NCBI GenBank assembly: GCA_046760505.1
Contig: JBHIEG010000020.1
Coordinates: forward strand, 1-36,950
Reading direction: 5' to 3'
DNA: 36,950 nt
From: Candidatus Hydrothermarchaeota archaeon
GTDB taxonomy: Archaea > CAYFZR01
The notes beneath the pieces are model-generated. The model was not told the DNA's origin, did no database searches, and worked only from the letters and a program-made list of their open reading frames with translations. Both the position numbers and the translations under genes were made by a program. Below, in pieces: positions 9,151 to 18,168 of the stretch. Within the stretch, counting starts at the first letter, position 1; every line of letters starts with the position of its first letter.

Positions 9151-10452
9151 TTAAAATTGATACCTCGCTGCTAAGGCAACAAAAAATAAAAAGATCAGTA
9201 TTCCAAAAGCTATTATGATCTTAGAGAAAGATAAGGAGCCATATTCAGCTTCAGATTCTTTTGAAACCGATATGGGTATTTCCTCTGTTGATACGAACTT
9301 CTCATCACCCAAGTGTGAGTAAATAAGATTTGCCCTGGGAATATTGTAGTTACCCTCCTTCAATGGTTTTATTATGTAACTATATGTCTTCGACTCCCCT
9401 GTGCCCAGTCTATCTTGAATATATAAATTGCCATAAATGACCTCAAAATTTTTAGGTATGCTATCTACTATTTTAATATCGACATCTCTATCCAATTTGT
9501 TCTCCACCCTTAAAAGCACAACTACCTCTTCGCCAACTGATGGAGTAAAACTTTCTACGGTCTTTGTTATGGTTAAACCTTCTATACTTTTTTCCATGAC
9601 GTTTTTATCTTTAGAGGGTTCTGCGATCTTCTTTTCTCCAAGCAATTTATACGGTGTAGAGGAAGGTAATTCCACACTCAAACCTATTCTATCAAAACTT
9701 ATGTTCAGCAGAGTTACCTTAGCCTTTCCAGCGAGAAACGTCTCCCCGACATTTCTCGGTATGGATAGACTCTCTATTTTCTCACCCATGGAGTAAACTG
9801 CTATGACTGCTCTTTCCATTTTTTTGTCTGTACCAATAAATTCTAACCAGAAGTTTTCATAACTGAATTTCTCGCCTAGAGATAGAAAGCCTTCGTAACT
9901 TCCCTTACTTTGTTTCAATACTACTCCCTTGGGCTCATAAATGGGGGTTAACTCGTATTTAGGTTTGGATTTTTTTATTTCTTTGGGGATCTCTTCAATT
10001 TTTTCTCCCTTTATTAATTTTCTTAGGACAAATTCAATATCCTCTTTCTCCTGATATCCAACCAGAGTTAAAACCTTCCTTCCATATTTATCAAAGAAAG
10101 TAAAGGTGGGAAGATAGCGTTCACCGTACTTCCTCGAAAGTTCAAGTCCCTCTTCAGTATCCACGTTGACGGTAATTATGTCTACCATGCCTTCGTATTC
10201 CGCTCTTAATGCCCTTATGGTTGGAACCATCATCCTACACGCGCCGCATCTGTCTGCAGAGAAATCCACCATCGTGGGCCTTCCATTGTAAAGTTTTGAG
10301 TTAAAGGTCTCCGGAGAATAATCGTAGTATATTCCTGCGGGACTTACATACCCTTCAGAACTTTTAGTTTCTTCGGCAAATAAGGGGTTCAATGAAATTA
10401 TAACTGAAATGAGGTTAATTAAGGTAAATAAAATCAAATGCTTGCGTGTCAT
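9151..10452 (-). CDS. Exported thioredoxin fused to S-layer-like and DUF11/BatD-like domains, C-terminal TM anchor
   Basis: Likely ATG at 10452 (ORF extends to 10506); signal peptide, FSADRCGAC, YLPTF, LTITKTV..VGEEVVVLLRVEN domain, TM. Confidence 0.8.
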   Translation of the reverse strand: MTRKHLILFTLINLISVIISLNPLFAEETKSSEGYVSPAGIYYDYSPETFNSKLYNGRPTMVDFSADRCGACRMMVPTIRALRAEYEGMVDIITVNVDTEEGLELSRKYGERYLPTFTFFDKYGRKVLTLVGYQEKEDIEFVLRKLIKGEKIEEIPKEIKKSKPKYELTPIYEPKGVVLKQSKGSYEGFLSLGEKFSYENFWLEFIGTDKKMERAVIAVYSMGEKIESLSIPRNVGETFLAGKAKVTLLNISFDRIGLSVELPSSTPYKLLGEKKIAEPSKDKNVMEKSIEGLTITKTVESFTPSVGEEVVVLLRVENKLDRDVDIKIVDSIPKNFEVIYGNLYIQDRLGTGESKTYSYIIKPLKEGNYNIPRANLIYSHLGDEKFVSTEEIPISVSKESEAEYGSLSFSKIIIAFGILIFLFFVALAARYQF

Positions 10453-10689
10453 CTTCCATATCATGCAAATTAGAGTGTTAAACCTTCTATTTAAAATGTA
10501 TGCCACAAACTATTCTACCAAACAGTTAAAGATAAAAAAAATCTAGGATCCCAATTTTTTTTATACATAATTCAATTATACAAGACCTAACATATTTTTA
10601 GAATGGAATGACCCTTTTTTCTTCCGTTAATATACCGAAATTTTTTTATACCGTATCTCCTCAAGCACTAACCAAGAGAGGTGTAGTGT
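10453..10689. promoter_or_regulatory. Divergent promoter region between the thioredoxin/ccm cluster and the Fe-S operon
   Basis: AT-rich intergenic gap, TTTTTATA TATA-like box near 10643-10650, GAGGTG RBS before the TTG at 10690. Confidence 0.5.
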
Positions 10690-11244
10690 TTGACAGGTAT
10701 TGAAATGCCTAAATCATTCTTGAGACTTAATGTGGTAGCCTTTAATCTCATTGCTGCTTTCTTAGGAAGTTTGGTTATTACAGCAGCAAGATCAGGACAT
10801 CTCCAATCTCTTATATGTTATGAATGCAGGGCTTGCATGACCGAATGTCCGAGAGGAATAGACCCCACTGGTTTTGAAGTCGCGGCGAGATCTTATAACG
10901 CGAATAGATACCATATTCTAAGAGGTGTTGAACTCACTGTGGAAGAGGCCCTCGCCTTGGATCCAGGCATGAGGGTAAGGGCTAAGTTTGCGGATGGCAC
11001 ATTGGATTCTAATAAATTAACTGTTTCTGATGTAAAGAAAAGAATTGAGAGAAAAGAAAAAGTGATCGTAGACGGTAGAGAGTACAATTACGATGATGTG
11101 AGGGAGGTTTATTCAGAGGAAATGCGTGCAAAGGATGTGGCACAGTTTTGTGTTAGATGTGGTCTCTGCGAGAAAAATTGTCCGGCTTCTCTCCGAATTC
11201 TTGAGATAATAGATGATCTAAGGGTTGATGGTAAGTTCAGGTGA
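10690..11244 (+). CDS. Membrane-anchored 2x[4Fe-4S] protein (HdrC-like dicluster)
   Basis: N-terminal hydrophobic helix; CYECRACMTECP and CVRCGLCEKNCP. Confidence 0.8.
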   Translation: MTGIEMPKSFLRLNVVAFNLIAAFLGSLVITAARSGHLQSLICYECRACMTECPRGIDPTGFEVAARSYNANRYHILRGVELTVEEALALDPGMRVRAKFADGTLDSNKLTVSDVKKRIERKEKVIVDGREYNYDDVREVYSEEMRAKDVAQFCVRCGLCEKNCPASLRILEIIDDLRVDGKFR

Positions 11245-11248
11245 TTCT

Positions 11249-11470
11249 ATGGAGGTAAACAAGCATATAGTTATACTTTTGGTCATTATATTCGTCGGGA
11301 TGATCTTGAACAGAAGCGCAGGGGTAACAGAATCTGATAATTTAAAGGCGCTGAAAGGGGATTTAGTAGAACTTGGAGTGATACCCAAGCCGTATGATCC
11401 AAATCTCACCTATCTAACCACTCCTGAGCTCAATATTTCCCACAGAAGTGAGTCAAAAGAAGGTGGATAG
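11249..11470 (+). CDS. Small membrane-anchored hypothetical protein
   Basis: ATG at 11249 after GGTGA; hydrophobic N-terminus; tightly packed in operon. Confidence 0.65.
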   Translation: MEVNKHIVILLVIIFVGMILNRSAGVTESDNLKALKGDLVELGVIPKPYDPNLTYLTTPELNISHRSESKEGG

Positions 11471-11471
11471 C

Positions 11472-11672
11472 ATGCGAGAAAAAATTTCCGAGAGAGATAT
11501 ATCAAGAAGATCTTTTATAAAAGGAGCAGGAGCATTGGGAGTTCTGTCAATCGTTCCTCTAGCGAGTAAATCAGATTCTAAAGTTATAGAGAATAAAATT
11601 AAGGGAAGTGTAGAATCCATTGATCCCAAACTTAATCATCTCTCAAGACCTAAATTAGAGGTTGTAAAATGA
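11472..11672 (+). CDS. Small twin-arginine (Tat) signal-containing protein
   Basis: ATG at 11472 after GGTGG; SRRSFIK plus hydrophobic stretch; ATGA overlap with next gene. Confidence 0.7.
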   Translation: MREKISERDISRRSFIKGAGALGVLSIVPLASKSDSKVIENKIKGSVESIDPKLNHLSRPKLEVVK

Positions 11673-12250
11673 TCAGGATCTTCGTCGGAAAAGATCTCAG
11701 CGGGAGGTACATCAAAAGAAATAATGTGGATATATTTGTTCCCAGGCTAATGAAGGTCTATGCAATAGATAGGGAAGGCAGGCATGTTGTGAAGGAAAAA
11801 TTCGTGGACAGAGAGGGGTACATAACGCTAAAGGAAAAAGTAGGAGACGAAGCGGAATGGGCACTAAAATACCTGGAAGTGAAAAACGATAAAGTATATC
11901 CTATCCCACCTATCCTAGGGACTACCCAGCAAAGGTTTGAGGAAGGAGTTGATATGTACGAACTTCTCTTAGATGCAAAGAAAAGCGGTAGACCCTATGG
12001 TGTGCAGAAATGCACCTATCCTATCTGCATAGGAAGATGCGTTCAAATATGTCCAACTGACGCGATCACAATGTCAACGGAAGAATTCAGAGAGACAGGA
12101 AAAATATTTCCAAAAATAGATGATAAGAAGTGCATAAAATGCGGGCTATGCATAGAGGCTTGCGGATTCGAGGCGATATATCAAAAGAAAGAGGCTATTA
12201 GAGAGACAACAAGATTTGAGAGAGAATCCTTGGGTGAGGTTAGCAGATGA
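11669..12250 (+). CDS. 4Fe-4S ferredoxin-domain protein with uncharacterised N-terminal domain
   Basis: CTYPICIGRCVQICP and CIKCGLCIEACG. Confidence 0.8.
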   Translation: MIRIFVGKDLSGRYIKRNNVDIFVPRLMKVYAIDREGRHVVKEKFVDREGYITLKEKVGDEAEWALKYLEVKNDKVYPIPPILGTTQQRFEEGVDMYELLLDAKKSGRPYGVQKCTYPICIGRCVQICPTDAITMSTEEFRETGKIFPKIDDKKCIKCGLCIEACGFEAIYQKKEAIRETTRFERESLGEVSR

Positions 12251-12756
12251 AGAAGACATCTTTTGAAGGATTGTCTAGGAGAGGTTTCTTAAGGATAACG
12301 CTTGAAACGGCTACAACGGCAATAATCGCTATGGTTCTTCTAGGAGAACTTGTTGTAAGTCGTGAAAATGCTCCATCTGTAATCAATGAGAAAAACGAGA
12401 CTGTTAAAGCAAAATTCATCGAATTCAAAGGTGAGCCAAAATTAGCACCTCCCGGAGCAATAGATGATTTTCTCTCTACGTGCGCAAGATGCGGTATCTG
12501 CGTTGAGGTCTGTCCGGTTGGTGTGCTAAGTCTTTATGATGTAGGTTACCCCATACTAACAAAAAAAGAAGAATGCATCTCATGGGTTAAGGAGAAGGAG
12601 CACTTCGAGTTAGAAAAATGCGGTCTCTGTGTGGCAAACTGCCCCACCGGGGCTCTGAGAGGTAAACGCGATTACCAATTTAAGTGGGTTCAATCCAAAT
12701 TACCTGCAAAACCCAAAAGATGGGTGGTTGGTCCCCGGAAAGGGACTAAAGAATAG
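12247..12756 (+). CDS. Tat-exported NapG/MauM/NapF-like ferredoxin
   Basis: SRRGFLR Tat motif, PPGA motif, CARCGICVEVCP, C...CGLCVANCPTGAL. Confidence 0.82.
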   Translation: MKKTSFEGLSRRGFLRITLETATTAIIAMVLLGELVVSRENAPSVINEKNETVKAKFIEFKGEPKLAPPGAIDDFLSTCARCGICVEVCPVGVLSLYDVGYPILTKKEECISWVKEKEHFELEKCGLCVANCPTGALRGKRDYQFKWVQSKLPAKPKRWVVGPRKGTKE

Positions 12757-12803
12757 GTGAATATGACAAAAAATATTAATGATTTCTCCTATTCCTTTAG
12801 GAT

Positions 12804-13139
12804 ATGTTGTGGAAGAAATTCCTGTTTGACTTTGCACTTGGTGGACTGATAGTAGCAATAGTTGTTCTTGTGGCAAATGTCATAAATCCCGTGATAGCAG
12901 GAATAATAGCGGCCATGCCTATAAGGCTTGCTACCTCGCTTTTTTTGATAAAATTTCATGAAGGAGAATACGCTGCAGTTGAGGCCTGTCGAGGAATCCT
13001 CCATGGAGCAGTTGGTGTCTTAGTATTTGCGATTTCTTTAACCTTGTTAACAAGAAAATTTGAGTTTTACCCGTCTTTTGGGGTTGCCATCGCCTTGTGC
13101 GTGTTCAGTACATACCTAATGTATCACTTCTTGGGTTGA
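12804..13139 (+). CDS. Small 4-TM membrane protein (DUF3147/GlpM-like)
   Basis: F.LGGLIV, AGIIAAMP motifs; four hydrophobic helices. Confidence 0.65.
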   Translation: MLWKKFLFDFALGGLIVAIVVLVANVINPVIAGIIAAMPIRLATSLFLIKFHEGEYAAVEACRGILHGAVGVLVFAISLTLLTRKFEFYPSFGVAIALCVFSTYLMYHFLG

Positions 13140-13166
13140 TGGTACACATTTTTTTAAGATTTAAAA

Positions 13167-13922
13167 CTAGAAATAAAGCTCTTCTCTTCTATCGGAAAAA
13201 ACTCGGATCTTTTTTCTAATATTTTTTATTTCTGATAAATTTATATTTGAAATAACAACTTTTTCCTTGTCTTTACCATCGTCTAATATTTCTCCATCTG
13301 GAGAAACTATTAAGGAGGCGCCAAAATACTTTTCCCCCACGATATTACATGCGCAATGAAATATCTGGTTTTCAATGGCTCTAGCCCTAACCAAAGTACG
13401 CCAAACTTCCTCTCTTGGTTTAGGAAATTGTGCAGGTGTTAAAAGAATATCGATACCCTTTAAGGCAAGGGTCCTTGCTAACTCCGGAAAACGTATCTCA
13501 TAACATATGATTACGCCTATCTTACATCTAGAGGTCTCAAAAATTCCTAAACTATTCCCATGGCTGAAATAATTTTTTTCATTCCCGTATAAATGTGTTT
13601 TTCTGTATTTACCGAGAAAATCCCCGTCCTCAAATAATATGCAGGTGTTATAAAGTTTATCTTCAAATTTTTCGATTATGGTTCCAGAAATAATGACCGA
13701 GTATTCTCTGGAGCATTCCATCATTTTATTGTACGTATCTCCCGGTATCGGTTCAGCGAGTTTATGTATGTTTTCGTAACAAAATCCAGTTGAAAAGACC
13801 TCAGGAAGAAGGATTATTTCACAACCTGATTCTATTGCTTTTTTGGCATATTCAAATGCCTTAGACAAGTTTGCCTCTTTGTTGCATAAATCTATGCCCA
13901 TTTGGATGACAGAGACTTTCAT
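13167..13922 (-). CDS. Carbon-nitrogen hydrolase (nitrilase superfamily)
   Basis: Catalytic triad motifs LPE, YRKTHL, ICYEIRFPE; RARAIENQ. Confidence 0.95.
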   Translation of the reverse strand: MKVSVIQMGIDLCNKEANLSKAFEYAKKAIESGCEIILLPEVFSTGFCYENIHKLAEPIPGDTYNKMMECSREYSVIISGTIIEKFEDKLYNTCILFEDGDFLGKYRKTHLYGNEKNYFSHGNSLGIFETSRCKIGVIICYEIRFPELARTLALKGIDILLTPAQFPKPREEVWRTLVRARAIENQIFHCACNIVGEKYFGASLIVSPDGEILDDGKDKEKVVISNINLSEIKNIRKKIRVFSDRREELYF

Positions 13923-14022
13923 CTTATAACCCAGAGAAAATAACGGTGTTGTGAATTTAAAAAAACTTTTGGAGTAGAACTATAACAAAAGTAGAATAAC
14001 GAAAATAAAAGGAGGTGGTTAT

Positions 14023-14547
14023 TTGATCTATGAGTTTGAGGGGATAAAACCTAAACTAAGTAGAAATACTCTCGTATTCCCAAATGCAATCATCGTTGGA
14101 GACGTAAAAATTGGAGAATACACAAGCATCTGGCCAAATGCAGTCATAAGGGGCGATCTTGATAGCGTGAAGATCGGGAAGTATACTCACATACAAGACA
14201 ATGCAGTGGTTCATACAGACTTTGATAGACCTGTAGAAATTGGAGACTACGTAACTATTGCCCATAACGCAGTGATCCACGGCTGTTTGATCGAAGACGA
14301 GGTTGTGGTCGGAATTGGTGCCATAGTGTTAGATGGGGCGAAGGTAAGATCTGGTTCCCTCATTGGGGCAGGCGCCTTGGTAGGACCGAAAAAGGAGATA
14401 CCTGAAAACAGTGTTGTTTTAGGCGTTCCAGGAAAGATAGTACGCAAACAAACAAATGAGGAGAGAAAAAAGATGCTCAATGAAATTACAATCAGATACT
14501 CAGAGTTATTGAAAAGATATGACCCTGATTTTTGGAGGAAAAGATAA
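14023..14547 (+). CDS. Gamma-class carbonic anhydrase family protein
   Basis: Hexapeptide repeats; IRGD, IQDNAVVH, IAHNAVIHG metal-binding histidines. Confidence 0.93.
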   Translation: MIYEFEGIKPKLSRNTLVFPNAIIVGDVKIGEYTSIWPNAVIRGDLDSVKIGKYTHIQDNAVVHTDFDRPVEIGDYVTIAHNAVIHGCLIEDEVVVGIGAIVLDGAKVRSGSLIGAGALVGPKKEIPENSVVLGVPGKIVRKQTNEERKKMLNEITIRYSELLKRYDPDFWRKR

Positions 14548-14566
14548 AGCTAGAGGGGTGTTCCAC

Positions 14567-15307
14567 TTGAAAAACCTAGTTCTAGAAAAAGAAAATGGGA
14601 TAATGAAAGTAACTATTAAAAGGCCCGAATACCTCAACGCCCTGAATACAGAAACATTGATGGAGTTAAAAGAGGTTTTAGATAATTTAAAAGAAGATGA
14701 AGAAATAAAAGTAATAATAATCACAGGAGAAGGAAAAGCATTTGTTTCAGGCGCAGATTTATCAGAAATGAGCGAGAAAAATCCTGAAGAAGCTCTGGAA
14801 TTTGCTCTCTTGGGCCAAGAAATTTTTGATGATTTGGAAAGCTTAGAAAAGGTTACAATAGCCATGATAAATGGATACGCTTTGGGAGGTGGCCTAGAAC
14901 TCGCCCTAGCATGTGATATTAGAATAGCTAGTGAAAAAGCAAAGATTGGCTCTCCGGAAGTAAACTTTGCGATATGTCCTGGTTGGGGTGCTACGCAAAG
15001 ATTACCCCGAATAGTAGGGGAAGGGAAGGCACTAGCACTGATACTCACTGGAGAAATGATAAACGCTGATGAGGCTGAAAGGATAGGCTTAATAAATGAA
15101 GTTGTTTCGGAGGAAAATCTTGAGAAAAAGACGATGGAACTGGCAAGGAAAATTGCAGAGAAAAGTTCTTTGGGTATAAAGATGATCAAAAAAGCCTTTA
15201 ATAAGAATAAAAAACTGGGTCTTAATTACGAGGCAACTTTATTCAGCATTTGTTTTTCTACCGGGGAGCCTCAAAGAAGGATGAAGGATTTCTTAAAAAG
15301 AGATTAA
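14567..15307 (+). CDS. Enoyl-CoA hydratase / crotonase
   Basis: Likely TTG at 14567 after GGGGTG; AFVSGADL, GGGLELAL, PEV..PGWGATQRLPR. Confidence 0.93.
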   Translation: MKNLVLEKENGIMKVTIKRPEYLNALNTETLMELKEVLDNLKEDEEIKVIIITGEGKAFVSGADLSEMSEKNPEEALEFALLGQEIFDDLESLEKVTIAMINGYALGGGLELALACDIRIASEKAKIGSPEVNFAICPGWGATQRLPRIVGEGKALALILTGEMINADEAERIGLINEVVSEENLEKKTMELARKIAEKSSLGIKMIKKAFNKNKKLGLNYEATLFSICFSTGEPQRRMKDFLKRD

Positions 15308-15320
15308 AACTGAATAAAGA

Positions 15321-16187
15321 CTAAGACTTTGCCTTTTTTATCAGGTATTCGGCTATTTTATCAGCCACATTTATCCCGGTAACCTTTTGTATCAACAATC
15401 CTGGCAAAGGATTTACTTCTATTACATAGAGATCTTCCCCGTGTTCTAGGATATCTACTCCCACTATATCTGATTTCGTAATCTCACTCGCTTTAATAGA
15501 CAAATCCACTATATCATCCGAAAGCGGACAGAGTTTGCCTATTCCTCCAAGACTTAAATTCGTGCGCCAGTCATTCTTTCCGTACCTGTACATTGCCGCT
15601 ACCGCTTCTTTACCCACCACGAAAACGCGGATATCTCTATTGTAATTTTTTGGAAGGTATTCCTGAAGCAGAACAGGAATTCCCTTTGAGTTGATTTTAT
15701 CAAAATACTCCTGCAATTCGAGGTAGGAGTTAGCCAGATAAATGTCCTCACCTCTCTCACCAAAAAGGGGTTTCAGGACAAGAGGAAAGCCCATTTCTTC
15801 GCTTATTTCTTCTGCTTTTTCATATGAGATTGCAACAGAAGAAAAGGGAACATTTATGCCATTTTTCTCCAAAAGAGTCAAGCACTTAATCTTGTTAGCA
15901 GTATTCTCAAATGATTCTAGCGAGTTTATTACCTTTATTCCCATGTTCTCCAATAACTCGAGTATCCATGTATGAAGTAAGAACTTTGAAAAGTTCTTAA
16001 TATCGCGGAAAAAGCCAGTTCTTACGTAAATTAGATCTGAAATTTTCTTAAATCCTATATTTCCTTCAGAAGTTACGCTAATATCCTCAGAATTAAAAAA
16101 ATCTACTTCACAGCCTCTCTTTTCCAGTGATGTGGCTATGAGTCTATTTGAATATCTATTTTTGTCCCCTGCAATTAGAATATGCAT
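15321..16187 (-). CDS. RimK-family ATP-grasp alpha-L-glutamate ligase (RimK/MptN/CofF-like)
   Basis: LKPLFG, QEYL, DIRVFVVG, WRTNLSLGG, GVDIL, EVNPLPG; likely ATG at 16187. Confidence 0.9.
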   Translation of the reverse strand: MHILIAGDKNRYSNRLIATSLEKRGCEVDFFNSEDISVTSEGNIGFKKISDLIYVRTGFFRDIKNFSKFLLHTWILELLENMGIKVINSLESFENTANKIKCLTLLEKNGINVPFSSVAISYEKAEEISEEMGFPLVLKPLFGERGEDIYLANSYLELQEYFDKINSKGIPVLLQEYLPKNYNRDIRVFVVGKEAVAAMYRYGKNDWRTNLSLGGIGKLCPLSDDIVDLSIKASEITKSDIVGVDILEHGEDLYVIEVNPLPGLLIQKVTGINVADKIAEYLIKKAKS

Positions 16188-16229
16188 GAAAAAAATAAAT
16201 AAAAAGAACTTCAAAAGTCTTTCCTAAAT

Positions 16230-16985
16230 TCATTGGTAGATCCTCTCATCTCCAGTATATACATACATTTTCCTGCCCCTCAAAAAGCAGATCAATGTAA
16301 TTCCAACTTCCCTCGCGACATCTATGCTTGGGTTTATTGGGGCAGAACGAGATCCAATTATTGGAATATTTGCATTTGCCACCTTTAATATCATACTAGC
16401 AGGAATTCGACCGCTACATAAAAGGAAGGTATTTAAAAAGTCAACTTTTTTAAGAGTTGAAATTCCTATTACCTTGTCTATGACTGCGTGTCTGCTGATA
16501 TCCTCTGCAATAGCAATTTCTTTACCATTTTTATCAAATATGCCTGCGGCATGGGTTCCGTGAGTAAGTTTCCAAATCCTTGAGTGCTTCTGTAGTTTTT
16601 TCATCGCATCGTATAACGTATTTGTCCCTACCCTCAAGTCTGAATTGACATAAATATCTTGGTTCAACAATCTGACTACCCAACCCTGCACACATTCTTC
16701 CATCCTAATTATTTCCAATTTATTTTCATCAAAATCCGGTATTTTCACCTCTATTGCATCTTCCATTATCTCTATATCTTCTATATCATCTGAGTCTTTT
16801 ATCATACCGGATCCAATGAGATAACCTATAGCGAGTTCTTTTAGCAAATTGGGAGATGTAGAAAAAACACCTATCTTTTTGCCATTTGCAAATATTCTAA
16901 TTTGTTCTTCATCTACCACGAAGGTATCATCTCTCGATATAAAACCGGACAAATCTATTTTTTTTGCATTAACCCTTTTATACAT
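16230..16985 (-). CDS. fdhD: Formate dehydrogenase accessory sulfurtransferase FdhD
   Basis: THGTHAAG, EDISRHAVIDKVIG, SGRI, SAP, TLICFLRG. Confidence 0.92.
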   Translation of the reverse strand: MYKRVNAKKIDLSGFISRDDTFVVDEEQIRIFANGKKIGVFSTSPNLLKELAIGYLIGSGMIKDSDDIEDIEIMEDAIEVKIPDFDENKLEIIRMEECVQGWVVRLLNQDIYVNSDLRVGTNTLYDAMKKLQKHSRIWKLTHGTHAAGIFDKNGKEIAIAEDISRHAVIDKVIGISTLKKVDFLNTFLLCSGRIPASMILKVANANIPIIGSRSAPINPSIDVAREVGITLICFLRGRKMYVYTGDERIYQ

Positions 16986-17054
16986 TTTGATCCCGAATCA
17001 AACTTCATGAGGTAGGTTAAAGGTATTGTATTATTATATGGCTCATTATATAGA

Positions 17055-18104
17055 TCAAACAGGATTATACATACACATAGGATCTTCTTGAAGGAAATCT
17101 CCAGTATATGCGTAGGCTCTGGCTCTACATCCCACACATACATTTCTGTACTTGCACAACCCACACTTGCCCTTTAGTGCGCCTTCTCTTAACGTTTTTA
17201 AAACCGAAGATTCATTCCATATTCTGGTAAATTCTAACTCTCTTACATTTCCTAACTTTATGGGCATGTAAGGACACGGATGTACGTCTCCCTCTGGAAG
17301 GATGCAACAGTATGCGGTTCCCGCCAAGCATCCCCTGGAAAGTCTTTCCAAATCTTCTCTTCCTAGGTCTCTTTTTTCTTTCTCCGCTTTTACTTTTCTT
17401 AGGCTTTTCTTTCCTTTCTGGAGCATTATTCTAAAGTACTGCGGGGCGCAGGTTGTTTTTAAAAACATGTCTGTTTCCTCTTGTCTCTCATACAGATAGG
17501 ATAGCAAGGACTCATATTCCTCGGGGGAAATATCTTTGTCCTTTATGGTTATTCCTCTCCCTGTAGGTACAAAGAAGAAAAGGTGATAGGCATCTGCTCC
17601 TAAATCCAAGGCTAGATCTATTATCTGTGGAATTTCGCTGTAGTTGTACTTTGTTACGGTAGTGTGTATCTGAAACGATAACCCAATCTTTTTGCATGCT
17701 TCTGCGCCTTTTAAAGCCTTTTCAAATGCTCCATCAACCCCTCTAAAATTGTCATGAACTTTAGGATTTGTAGAGTCTATGCTTATGCCTACTCTCTTTG
17801 TTCCCGCATCGTAAAGCCTAGACGCTACCTCATCATCTATCAAAGTTCCGTTCGTTCCTAAAACAACCCTAAATCCTAGATCAGATCCGTATCTAATGAT
17901 ATCGTATAAATCAGATCTTACAAGAGGCTCTCCACCGCTCAAAATTAGAATTGGTTTTGAGAGGCTTGATATATTCTCCATGAGAGAGTAAACTTCTTGA
18001 GTAGAGAGTTCATTCTTTCCTTTTTTACCTGCATCTCTGTAACAGTGGCTGCATCTTAGGTTGCAGGCCCTTGTCACGTTCCAGGAAATTAGACGCGGTT
18101 TCAT
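17055..18104 (-). CDS. ahbD: Radical SAM/SPASM protein, AhbD/NirJ2-like (alternative heme b synthesis)
   Basis: SWNVTRACNLRCSHCYRDAG, FFFVPTGRG, TCAPQYFRI, GCLAG..YC, SPASM cysteines; likely ATG at 18104. Confidence 0.78.
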   Translation of the reverse strand: MKPRLISWNVTRACNLRCSHCYRDAGKKGKNELSTQEVYSLMENISSLSKPILILSGGEPLVRSDLYDIIRYGSDLGFRVVLGTNGTLIDDEVASRLYDAGTKRVGISIDSTNPKVHDNFRGVDGAFEKALKGAEACKKIGLSFQIHTTVTKYNYSEIPQIIDLALDLGADAYHLFFFVPTGRGITIKDKDISPEEYESLLSYLYERQEETDMFLKTTCAPQYFRIMLQKGKKSLRKVKAEKEKRDLGREDLERLSRGCLAGTAYCCILPEGDVHPCPYMPIKLGNVRELEFTRIWNESSVLKTLREGALKGKCGLCKYRNVCVGCRARAYAYTGDFLQEDPMCMYNPV

Positions 18105-18168
18105 TGAAAACCCCAAACTTTTTTACGCTAGATGCCAAAAACTTATATAAAACCTTTGAGGAGACCGT

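Noticed and set aside
10690-12756. Selenocysteine readthrough or a nitrate reductase (nap) operon
   Set aside because: No TGA at Cys-motif positions; stops are followed by RBS-coupled starts; no napA or napH in the window
12763-12849. 28-aa ORF after GGTGA (MTKNINDFSYSFRICCGRNSC...)
   Set aside because: Overlaps the membrane protein gene out of frame with no recognisable similarity; cannot support it as a gene or pseudogene
14506-15189. 227-aa antisense ORF
   Set aside because: Shadow of the crotonase gene, Ser/Phe/Ile-rich, no motifs
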